From sequence record NZ_CP067021.1: 64,000 nucleotides of DNA; one strand, written 5' to 3'. The notes under the pieces were generated by a model. It searched no databases. It saw nothing but the letters and a program-made list of their open reading frames with translations, and was not told the DNA's origin. Position numbers and translations under genes: made by a program. Position 1 is the stretch's first letter, and every line of letters starts with the position of its first letter. The DNA is from a plasmid. Shown piece after piece: positions 29,122 through 39,800 of this stretch.

Positions 29122-32100
29122 TTAACGCCCCAATGTTTGATCATTGTCATGATCGTTTCTACGTGCGACTTCTAAATCTATATGCTTATCAAGGTCACTC
29201 AAAAATTGAGATGTCGTGTTTTTCTCAAGCTTTACTTGGTCTAAGTAGTTTTTAGTATTGAGATTCAAACCATCTTGGAGCGCTTCTAAGCGTAGGCCAG
29301 TTTTATCAAAATCAGCCTCAAGGATCTGATTCACTTCTTTGATTTTGTCCATGTCTTGCTGTTCTAGACGGTGTAACTTCACATCTTCATGAATCGCAGC
29401 GATATAGTGATCGGTTAAGATCTCTTGCTTTAAGTGCTGAAGCGCAATTTCCACGTTTCCTGTTTCAGCAATCACGGCGTTGAAGCTGTCAAAGATTTGA
29501 CCTGTTTCAGCCGAGTTTCTAAATTCAACAATACGAGGCTCAACACTATTAAGGTTTACAAACTTGGCATCACCATACGCAGTAGGTAGTACTAGATGAT
29601 CATCCATACATTCAAAAAGTTGCTTATATTCAGCATTCATAAGATTTGATGCTGCTTGAAGCTTTAAATCTTGTTGTAACGTGTCTAGGCGTTGGTTGAG
29701 ATGTAGAAAGCTTTGAACATACATCTCGTTTTGAGAGTTTTCAGGCGCAACAACGGTTGAGGCCATACCTTTAACAACATTTTTCAGTTGCGTATTTTGA
29801 ATCTGATCAGCAATTTGATTAAGCGCGTTAATGTGATCGGCTTTCACAAGGTTATTGTTTTTCAGTTGTTCAATAAATTGATTTTGTTCAATCACTTTTT
29901 CACTTTCCTTTTCGCTGAATAACGAATCTTTAATTTGTTGTTTCACCTGGTCCAAGTTAGAGAAGAGGTGAAGTACTTCTTGTTCATTGCTGTTATTGAC
30001 TGCATTTAGCAATGTAACAAACACATCATGGCTGATTAGTTGTTGCTGATTATTTTCCGCATTCTGAAATTCAGCAATTTGGCTACGGCTAATGACTTCA
30101 ACACCAACATCATTGATATAGCTTGCACCAATCGGGGAGAGTTGATTATCTGGAGCTTTTACGGCGTAGTACTCGCCTGATTTGCCATCATCTTTGGCGC
30201 ATAGACCAATATATGTATTGCCATCTTGCGTAATGATTTTTGAACCGATGCTATTGAGTGCTGCAGAGGGTTGTAACGTACTCAAGGTTTGAATCAATTC
30301 TTTTTCGCGATTTTGATGAATTGCATTACTTACTGCTTGGTAAACTTCAGGATCTAAATAAGTCACCTGATTGGCAGATTCTTCATTGAGCGCCGTGACA
30401 GTATTCCACTCTAAAATATCTTTACGCGGTATCGTTGTAATACCGGCATTAATAATATCTTCCGTGGTAATTTGACGATCAAGGTTGGTAATGGCCACGG
30501 CGTTGTATTCGGGTGCAATTGATTTATGACCTTCCGAATCTGAAGTCAGTACCACGAATTGACCGTAATCCGTTTTCACCATAGCACCTACAACACTGAG
30601 CTTGCCTTCCAAAATCATTTTTGAAAGTTCAAGTTCACGTTCGGCAGATCTGGCGTAAGTATTAGTCTGTTCTGCAGTATTGTTGATGGTATCGGCTTTG
30701 AGCTTGTCTAAGTATTCGCTTGAAAATTTACCAAGCGCATTTAACTCGTCTATCGGCTCGACAGACTCCAGCTCATACAGTGGAACGGTAGAGGATTCAT
30801 TCACGATGTCTTTAAGATAAAGCACATCTTTTTCAGTGATATTTTCGAGATCTTCAATCACCGAAAGAGGCACAACGATCGCACGTTTATCCAGATTATC
30901 GGAAGCTATATCCAAAACAACCATATTGGTTTGGGTTGTTTCATCTTCATAAACCATACCGACAAACTGTTCAATTTCAGCATTAGAAACATTGTTGTGA
31001 CGGTCTTTAAAGAATGCTTCTAAGTCAGAATCATGATCAACATAAATACTGTCATAAGGGTTCATTGGTTTACCGTCATTGTTTTGGTCTTGGCTTTGCG
31101 GTGCTGATTGAGTTGCCGACTGTTCTGCAGTATTGCCTTTAAACTTACCCAAAAGGTTTGAAAGTTTAGATTTGGCTTTCTTTACTTGATCCGAAATCAT
31201 TTGACCTGATTGATAGGCACGTTGAATAAACTGATCTTTGTATGAAGCTTTGGCTTCTTCAGTCATTTGTTCTGGATCTTGCCCTAATGGATATTCGGCA
31301 CCAAGGAACATACGTGCTTGTTCTAAATACTGAGAACAAATGGGTTCAAAAAAGCGACCTTCAAACTCATGGATCTTTTCAGACTTAATGCCTTCGTGCA
31401 GTTCTTCAATTGAGAGAAACGTTACTTTGTCTTCAATCGTTTCTAAATAGAACGGCGTAATCGGGGTAGGTGCATCGCTACCTTCCACTTGAGGCGGTAA
31501 ATCTGCTTCCTTAACCAGTTTGATAAATGGGGTAGAGGATTCAACACCTTCGACAGAATCCTTACCGACTACATCAATCACGATGTATTGTTCACCGTCA
31601 ATGGCATAGACTTTAGCGACATTTAGATCGAATTCTTCTAAGGTAACGCCGTCACGGTCTTTATTCAGTTGAGTGGTATATGGATCGTTTAAAAGAGGCA
31701 ACATTTGCTCTTTTGAGATCGGTTTTAAAATATCGGCATTCTTACCAGGTTCAGTCAATTTTGATTTATCGGCTGTATTGGCAAGCTGTTCGGGTTGTTG
31801 TGCGTCTGGATGGTTACTTTTAACGGTAACATCAGGATTGATTGGTTTATCCCAAATATTTTTCAGGTTATCAAGGCTTTTGTTCTTGTTGAACATGGCC
31901 ATAATCGCTGCAATGATCAACTTGATTGTTTTCTTAACCAGTTCAATCATGACTGCAATCATTTTTGCACTGAGCGCAGCGAGTTCATCAGCGACCGTGC
32001 GTGGATGGCCGTGGCTATTTTCACGCGCTAAAGGAGGACGTTCGTTACCTTCCTCATTTCGCATATCCTTAAAGCTTTTAGAGGCAACGCTACTTGCAGC

Positions 32101-33528
32101 CAAACTTGCTTTGTCTTGTGGACCACCAGCAATGTTTAATGTGCTCTTTGGTGTACCTTTTGGTGCATTCGGATCAGCTGATTCAACATCTTCCTTTACT
32201 GTCTCTTTAGTCTTCTGATTTTCTTTATGTTCTTTCAAAAGTAGAGCAGCTTGCAACTGGTCGCTATGTTCACGGGTTTCTAATAACTGAATTACTTCCT
32301 TGGTTAACGTGTCCGTATTGAATTCAAGATAGTGAATCTCAAGTTGTTCAAGTCGAGCAGCTGTATGGTCGCTATTCACACGCCATTGATCCATGACGAT
32401 AGTTTTTGGCACTAAGCCAAGTTCTTCAGCTTCAATCCCACGAATTAAGCAAAAGTCACGCACTTGGCGCATCAATGCGTTAATTTGGTTTTTATCGGTT
32501 AATTCACCTGAAAAATAGGTATTCGGTGCACCCGTAACTTCGTTGTAGATCTGCTGCTTTGCTTCACGCACGACTTGGTTTTGGTTAATCAAGCCTTCAA
32601 TCGCGAATTGACGATTACTCAGGAAGTTGAGGGCATTTTCTTTAGTTGCACCCTTCAGGCTTAAACCATAGTAGGGCTGAGTGACAAAAGATTTTGTCTC
32701 AAAGTTAAAGAGGGTTTTTTCAGCCACTTGAACGGCTTCAAATGGATTCTCTTCTTTGGAAAGGAGGAAATCAGGATCATTGTCTGATAGGAATAATTTA
32801 GAGTCTGCAGTTGTATATACACGGTCTTCAACTGGCAATGAACTGTTATTTTCAGCAATATTGCCTAATCCTTGGTCCAGTGCGTTTTTAGTCTGGATTT
32901 TATTCAGATCCGCAATAAACTTAAGATCATCATCATTCTGCAGATCAAGCCCGATGTCTGCAAAGAATTCTAATTGACTGGCTGGATCTCTTTGCTCAAG
33001 TGCATCAAATACTTTACCAATCAGAACAGGATCAAGTTCAGCTAAATCATTGACAGTGACAGCGGAAAGATCAAACGTGTTTTCAGGAATGATGGACTGT
33101 TCATTCTCGTAGATCGGGTAGCTACTACGCTCATAATCACCTTCGTCAAAAAACATCGGTTCATCATCGTTCAACCGAGTATCTTCAAGAGGGGGAGCGT
33201 AATCATAATCTGGGTGCCCAGGAGGTACAGAGTTACCGCCCATAGGCTGATCATATTGATACCCATCATCTTGCATGACTGGCGGTTCTTCCATTAATGG
33301 AGGTTCAGATAGGGGATCTTTGGGATGTGGTTCAGACTGGTATTGTTGCGATTGATCTTGTGCAACATTGTTTTGTTGTGGCGTAGGCTGGATGGATTGA
33401 AATTCCACGCCGTCCAAACTTAAATCATCCCACTGTTCCAGGCCCTCATTGAAAGTTAATGATTGGCCGTCTTGCAGTTGATCAAGTGTTTGCTCGTCAA
33501 AATTATCTTGTTTAGGGCTTTGGTCCAT
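29122..33528 (-). CDS. Giant protein, 1468 aa: acidic Gln/Pro/Tyr-rich N-terminus, one central hydrophobic helix, coiled-coil-like C-terminal half
   Basis: 4407-nt open frame. N-terminal EQWDDLSLDGVEF resembles the W-x-D-L-S-x-x-G-V signature of the other giants. Central segment LAALSAKMIAVMIELVKKTIKLIIAAIMAMF. Confidence 0.8.
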   Translation of the reverse strand: MDQSPKQDNFDEQTLDQLQDGQSLTFNEGLEQWDDLSLDGVEFQSIQPTPQQNNVAQDQSQQYQSEPHPKDPLSEPPLMEEPPVMQDDGYQYDQPMGGNSVPPGHPDYDYAPPLEDTRLNDDEPMFFDEGDYERSSYPIYENEQSIIPENTFDLSAVTVNDLAELDPVLIGKVFDALEQRDPASQLEFFADIGLDLQNDDDLKFIADLNKIQTKNALDQGLGNIAENNSSLPVEDRVYTTADSKLFLSDNDPDFLLSKEENPFEAVQVAEKTLFNFETKSFVTQPYYGLSLKGATKENALNFLSNRQFAIEGLINQNQVVREAKQQIYNEVTGAPNTYFSGELTDKNQINALMRQVRDFCLIRGIEAEELGLVPKTIVMDQWRVNSDHTAARLEQLEIHYLEFNTDTLTKEVIQLLETREHSDQLQAALLLKEHKENQKTKETVKEDVESADPNAPKGTPKSTLNIAGGPQDKASLAASSVASKSFKDMRNEEGNERPPLARENSHGHPRTVADELAALSAKMIAVMIELVKKTIKLIIAAIMAMFNKNKSLDNLKNIWDKPINPDVTVKSNHPDAQQPEQLANTADKSKLTEPGKNADILKPISKEQMLPLLNDPYTTQLNKDRDGVTLEEFDLNVAKVYAIDGEQYIVIDVVGKDSVEGVESSTPFIKLVKEADLPPQVEGSDAPTPITPFYLETIEDKVTFLSIEELHEGIKSEKIHEFEGRFFEPICSQYLEQARMFLGAEYPLGQDPEQMTEEAKASYKDQFIQRAYQSGQMISDQVKKAKSKLSNLLGKFKGNTAEQSATQSAPQSQDQNNDGKPMNPYDSIYVDHDSDLEAFFKDRHNNVSNAEIEQFVGMVYEDETTQTNMVVLDIASDNLDKRAIVVPLSVIEDLENITEKDVLYLKDIVNESSTVPLYELESVEPIDELNALGKFSSEYLDKLKADTINNTAEQTNTYARSAERELELSKMILEGKLSVVGAMVKTDYGQFVVLTSDSEGHKSIAPEYNAVAITNLDRQITTEDIINAGITTIPRKDILEWNTVTALNEESANQVTYLDPEVYQAVSNAIHQNREKELIQTLSTLQPSAALNSIGSKIITQDGNTYIGLCAKDDGKSGEYYAVKAPDNQLSPIGASYINDVGVEVISRSQIAEFQNAENNQQQLISHDVFVTLLNAVNNSNEQEVLHLFSNLDQVKQQIKDSLFSEKESEKVIEQNQFIEQLKNNNLVKADHINALNQIADQIQNTQLKNVVKGMASTVVAPENSQNEMYVQSFLHLNQRLDTLQQDLKLQAASNLMNAEYKQLFECMDDHLVLPTAYGDAKFVNLNSVEPRIVEFRNSAETGQIFDSFNAVIAETGNVEIALQHLKQEILTDHYIAAIHEDVKLHRLEQQDMDKIKEVNQILEADFDKTGLRLEALQDGLNLNTKNYLDQVKLEKNTTSQFLSDLDKHIDLEVARRNDHDNDQTLGR

Positions 33529-33782
33529 ATTTGATCCTTATGACAGGTGGCCTTTCTGATTTTAAGAGTCCTTTTTAGAATCTGTATCAACATTCCAAAT
33601 AAAGTCTTCTTTAAAGTCAGAATTAAAACCAGTTGTGATGTCTAATTCACTGTCAAAATCCACTAAATCTGAGTTATTAGAAGATTCCTCTAAGGGATTA
33701 GAGTTGCACATAAAATACCTGTATTTGTTTTTTAAAACGTCAATGTGATCGTCACAGATATGATACATGGTATATACGAACT

Positions 33783-33815
33783 AGACCACACGTAATTGTT
33801 ATTCACGTATGGTCT
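33783..33815. repeat. Imperfect 11-bp inverted repeat AGACCACACGT-N11-ACGTATGGTCT just downstream of the giant MTase-helicase gene
   Basis: 10 of 11 positions are complementary. Could be a weak terminator or a protein-binding site. Confidence 0.3.
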
Positions 33816-33840
33816 GGTATATACCTTTTAAGGGAGGGTT

Positions 33841-36800
33841 TTAGAAAGATAATTGCTGGATTTCTTGATCGTTATCTAGGGTTTTACCCTCATGTAACTC
33901 AGCCTTATAAGCTGGCTCTTCTGCAGGATTAAGCATACGGTTAATTTCATTTAAAAAGTAACCATTACCATCAGGAAGCTTAGATTTTAAATCCAAAAAG
34001 GCAGCTTCAATTTTGGTTGTACTGTCCAGCTCGTCAACAAAGCGTTCAACATCCTTGAGATCAAGCGCAAATCTAAACTCATTACGGCCTGGCTCAGTAA
34101 AGTGGATGTTCAACGATTCATCTGTTTTACCGCCTTTAGGATCATGGAATACGTTGGTATTCGACATAAAACGATTGAACTGTTTTGCAACAGATTTTAC
34201 CGTCACATTAAAGCAGTCTGAACCGTTGTAGTAGAACTCAATACTTGCTTTCTTGTACGGGAAATTAACCTTAGTACCCACATAGTTATTGCGGTTGAAA
34301 TCAATGTTTACAGGCAATTGATTAAAGAAGTTCGCAATCTCTTTAACTTGCTTAAACGTCACTTGGTTTTCAAGAGAGCTTTCAAACAAGTCAGTTGGTG
34401 TATTTGATGGCAATAATAACGCACGGTTACGCATACCATCAGCATCGGTAAATATAACGGTTGAATGTCGTAGATCTAGTGAGCTGACAATCTTATGTGC
34501 CTTGAACATATTGCCCGTTAAGGTAATCGCTTGTCGTGTGACATCACCAGACGGCGCTTTTTCAAAATAGGTACGCGTATAACGGGAATAATTGTTTTGT
34601 TCAGTAAATAAGTTCACCAAGGGTTGACGATCCTCAACATGACGTCTATTCACATCAGCATAAGAATAAAATTCAGGATTGAAGCGTTTTAGGATAATAC
34701 GTCCTTTTTCACTCACTGGAGCTACCCAATCCAAGTCTTGCTTGGCATTTTGCATGGTGTAATTGATCAGTGGAACTTTAAACGACTTCTTATCACCAGG
34801 GTAAACCAAATCAAGCTTAACCGCATTCGGTGTGATTGCACCTCCACGTAACGGCGGTAGGTCTAGACGTAGCAAAGCACCTGTTTTGTGATCTGGCGTC
34901 ACTTCATCATCAAAAAGACTAGGTTTTGAGATAAGGAACAATAACCCATGCGCTGAATGACCTTCTTTTTCGTTCCTTTCCATAGAACGAGCCAAGAATT
35001 TTAGATCCTGAACAATTCGATACATGCGATCAAAGTTAGAGGTCAAAATAGGATCATTGGCTAGATAAACCGCTTCAGCTACTTTCTCAAAGGCATCTGC
35101 AGAGTGATCATCAGGTTTACGAAATTGAATATCATCAATGTGTTTTACATTGGCTTCAACAACACCGAAATGATCAAATACTTCGTGTCGATAATCACGA
35201 ATTACTTCACCACGCATTTGCCCACTTTTGAAAAATAACTTTTGCTTAGCAAAGCCTTCATATTTTTGGTACATCAATGCCTCAAAGTTATAGGCATAGT
35301 GTAGTAGTCCGTTTACCGTTTCATTGATGTTTTCATTGATACGTTTAAATTGACGCACCAGATAATCATCACTTTCTTTGAACATGAGTTTTAGATTGTC
35401 AGCACGTAATGGCTCAACATGTTCAATGTATTGCAGACCTTCAAAACGCACAGGTAGATCAAAGGTATTGATCTTGGCTGCTTCTGTTTCTGAAGTCACG
35501 GTAAAGAAGTTGTCCTTCACTTCAAACTCACGGACTTTTTTAGCTTTCCAGTCTAAAAAGTTGGTCTTGAGTGGGTTACGACCCAACAAGTCTAATTCAC
35601 GGATCTTATCGTTATAGTCAACAACCAAGTCTTGATAAACCTGTTCTTGCTGACTAATCGGCATCAAAATCAGTTTAGATAGCAACTGGTTCACATGATA
35701 GTTTTGCGCCGTGCGATACGATGGTCCTTTTTCATCATCCGAAATATCAATATCAAGTGTGTTCGCCAAGTTCACGTTATTTTTCAAATAGTCCAACGAT
35801 ACCCGGTTGCCAATGTAGTTGAGCATGTCAGGATAATCGTTTTCGTTAAACTTGGTTTCTGAGTTGGCAGAGACGTTCGCTGATAGGGTAGACAGTTTAC
35901 GCATCATCATTAAGTGCATACGTGTTTCTGCTGGAATACCCGAATCTACTGTCGTCATAATCGGATGTGATTCTTCACCACGGCGACCCACACGACCGAT
36001 CATCTGAATCGTATCGGTAGAGTTCTCAGGTTTTTGCAAGAAAAACAACTCACGTTGGCGCAAGTGATCCGATGGAATTGTAGGATCAGGGTTTTTGGCT
36101 GCATGTAGAGAAATACCCGTACAACCAGAGCGAGTCACAATAACAACATCGATTTCACCAGATTGGAATTTTGATTGAACCAAAATCTTACCTTGTGTCG
36201 TATTGTTCTCTTGTTTATTAACCTTCCATTTGCCGTCTCTTGTTTCCGTTAAGTGGATCTGACGGCCAGAGATTTCATCAATCTTGAAGCCAGCTTTTGT
36301 CACCTTGTTACGTAGTACGTCCAAAGGCATCAAAGGTAGATCAGGGAACTTTTGAATCTTTTCTTTGATACGATCCAAAATGATTTTATACGGACTTACC
36401 ACTGGATCGCCGTTTTCATTAAATGTCACTTCCGTACTGAGCTTCTTAACGAACGAGTTACCGTAGTTATCTTCAGCTTTCACCACATCGATGCGATCTA
36501 ACATCACTTCAAGCAAGTCACGGAATTGTGGGAGTTCATCTAAAACAGAAATTTGACTTTGCAGATAGCTACCGCGCTTATCTTCAAGCTTAGTCAATTC
36601 CTTTTGAATATTTTTCGCTGCTTTTTCATCGCCAGCGTCACGGTTTTCTTTGATCATGAGTTTTTGAAGCTCATTTTCAAGAAATTCAATTTCTGACGAT
36701 ACCGACTTGAAGTTATTAAACGCTTTTTCTTTTTCAGGCGAATCAGCGGTAACGTCTTGCGCCGTATCTGCTTTTAAAATCGCTTCCATGCGACTTTGCA

Positions 36801-39800
36801 TCAAAATGTTGAATAGACTCTCACCCGTATTTTCCAAACCAATCACGGGCTTTCTACCCTCATGTAATGCCTGAATCACAGCATCACTTGTAGAGTCAGT
36901 TTTCAATGCCAATAGGAATTGCTTTTGGATCTGGTACATTCGAGATCCAAAGTTCATCACACTCAAACTTAAACGGTTTTTCGGATCGTCTGAATCCTGA
37001 TGAAAGTCTAAATTGGCAACAGCATCATCATCATTGGCAATGTTTTCTAGCGCATCGAGGCGAATATCTTTAGAAAATTTCACCATGTCCGTCAAGATGT
37101 CAGAAAGAACATCTGAGTAATTGTGAAATTTCTTAATTTCCTCTTCAGTTGGCACAAAGGTTTGAATGGTAATGTGCGAGAGATCTTGCTCTCTACGAAT
37201 CATGGCAGAGCTGTCTACCAAACCTTCAGAAATAAACTCCAAAATTGGACCATCTGCATTTTCGATAACCTTTTGTAAGTCATTACGAGATACGGATCGA
37301 GGGAACAATTTATGGAAGAATTCAAGATTTTCAGGTTTCTTAATTGCCGATGCAGACTGGAAATTAATTAGATTGGTCTGATCAATAACATCTAAGAAAA
37401 ATTGACTTGTAGCTGATTTCAAGGATGCTGCACGGTGCGTTTCATCCATCACCAAAACAGTGTCTTGATTAATAAAACGAGTCAATAACGCACGTTTCCG
37501 GTTTGGTCGGTTAAATTGGCTATACGTTGCCAATACCAAGTCATGTTGCGCTGGAATATCTTCAATTTCCTTAGGCAGATCTTGGCCAGTGAATAAAACC
37601 TCTTCAGTACCAAAGCGGTTAATCACAGCATCCGAGTTAAAGATAAACGGATCTTTAAAGAACTTGTCACTGTCTGTAGCAACAATATCACGCCAAATGT
37701 CGTTCAAGAGTTGCGTTGTATCTGTAAGGAAAACAGGGGGCTTTCCTCTTAACGCACTATATCGTAAACACGCAGCTGCAATACGACCTTTACCTAAACC
37801 CGTCTGGTCGCCAATAAGCACAGGTAAGTTTTGGTCAAAACGTAAAATGATATGGGCAACCGCATCGACCTGTTCACATGCAAAAGCGGACTTTAGTGCA
37901 TCAAAATTGTCATATTGCAATTTCTTAGCGACATAGGCATCAACAAGAGTAGGGTAGTTACCATTATCGACTTCAGCTTGGAAATTGATACCCCCAAAAC
38001 CTAATACATTTTGGATGTGTGTAGTCAATTGAGCATTTGCCTGATTAATCGCTTTAATCTGGTTTTTAGCCACTAAAGCAATTGGCTCAGATGCCATAGA
38101 CATCGGTATATACTTAACTTGGTATATATTTTCCGGAGTTGGTTCTGTTGTGTTTTCAGCATTAGGAACAGGAACAATCGGCTGTAAATTTGATTGGTCA
38201 GATTCAACAGTCGGTTCTTCTTTTTGCTCAGTACCGATCGCTAATTCAGAATTTAACTTAGCAATCTCTTCAGCAGTTAAACCCGGTTCCTGTTTTACTT
38301 GCTCTACCGCTGGTTCTTCAGCTGGTGTTTGTTCAGGTGTTTCACCCTCATTGGTCGCCGTGGTATCACCTACTTGAAGATTAACGTCATCGTCAAGGTC
38401 TTCATCCTGATTTTGGTTCTCGTGCGGATTCTTTACCTCAGGCACGAAATCATTGTCATTTTCATTTTCAAACGTTGGTGTAGCTTCAGTTGGTGTAGGT
38501 ACATCATCATCTGAACTGGTTGTTTGCGTACTAACTTCAACGGTTCCAAAGTCAAAAGAAACTTTATTCGGTTTTGATTTAGGTTTACGACCAAACATCG
38601 GTTTTGGTTTGACAGCTTCCTCTTGCTTAATCTCTTCTTCTTTAGCGACCACGACTTCATCAAACATAGTGACTGCAGACGTAGGCGTTACACTTGATGC
38701 AATATCTTCAAGTGGCGAAACAGGCTGTTCATCACCTAGACTGGCAAACAAATCGTCATTTTCTTTTTCAACAGGCTTAACCTCAACAACAGGTTCAACC
38801 ACTGGTGCTTGTTGTGCTTGTTGCTCAACTGGAGTCGGAGTAGTTGGCTTGAAGTATAGATCCTTATTCGGATTCAAACGATTATAGATTACGTTATTAG
38901 CCCATCCCCAAAGTTCGTCATAGTCCGTAATGACTTTCAACTTATCTGGTACCACAGAAGATTGGTAAGTTTGTAGTAACGCTTGTTCGTTTTTACGATT
39001 GCCTACCACTAACATACGAACATTTTGATTAGCGCCGTTTCGTGCATATGCATTGCCGTGGATTTCTACAACCGCCTCAACTTCATAATGCTTATAGAGA
39101 TAATTAAGTAAATTCTTTGATTTACGCTCAACCGTACCATCTGAAATCTGTTTATCTGAGCCAATAATGAAAACTGAACGCCCTTGATCGTTTCGTGCGT
39201 TTAGTGATTTAACCAGAATGGCATGGTCCAATTTATCCGTACTGAACCAGACGTTTTCTGATGGATCTACCAATAATGGGTTTGGATCTACGCCGTTACG
39301 CTGTTGAACCAAAATTGGTGCAACACGTTCTAGTTTATCCATAGCACCAAAAGGAGGGTTGGCAATCACATAGTCAACTTTTTGCTTAAACGTTTGCTCA
39401 AAATCAATTTGTGTAGCATCTGCAGTAACAACCGTGCATTCATAATTTTGAGTCAGTGCTTTTGTACGTTCAGCACGTTTGGGATCTAACTCAACCGCAT
39501 AGACAGAAGCATTACGCTCTTGGGTTAATAAACCGATTAAAGATCCATTACCCACAGTTGGCTCGAGCACGGAAAAGTTTTGTTTTGTTCGGTTATCACC
39601 CTCAATCAATAAGCGCTGAGCCACAAGTGACATCGGGATTGGAGTCGAATATTGCTGTAACATACGAATCGTATTGTTTCGCATGGTCTTAGTCGGCATG
39701 CGATTGTATAACGCTAAACTCGTTTTAAATGAGCTCTCAGTAAAATCAAGCTCACCTAACTTTTCGACCATCACTGTTTCAAGCGCTTCTTCTGCAGTAT

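Noticed and set aside
33562-33768. 68-aa acidic ORF between the 1468-aa and MTase-helicase genes
   Set aside because: It has no convincing ribosome-binding site and lies in an intergenic region carrying hairpins and motifs. Left uncalled.
9148-38887. Many 60-180-aa ORFs inside or antisense to the giant genes (for example 9148..9330, 11865..12164, 31673..32218, 37589..37936, 38453..38887)
   Set aside because: They are embedded in very long uninterrupted frames on the other strand or frame. These are typical shadow ORFs, some arising from low-complexity linker DNA.
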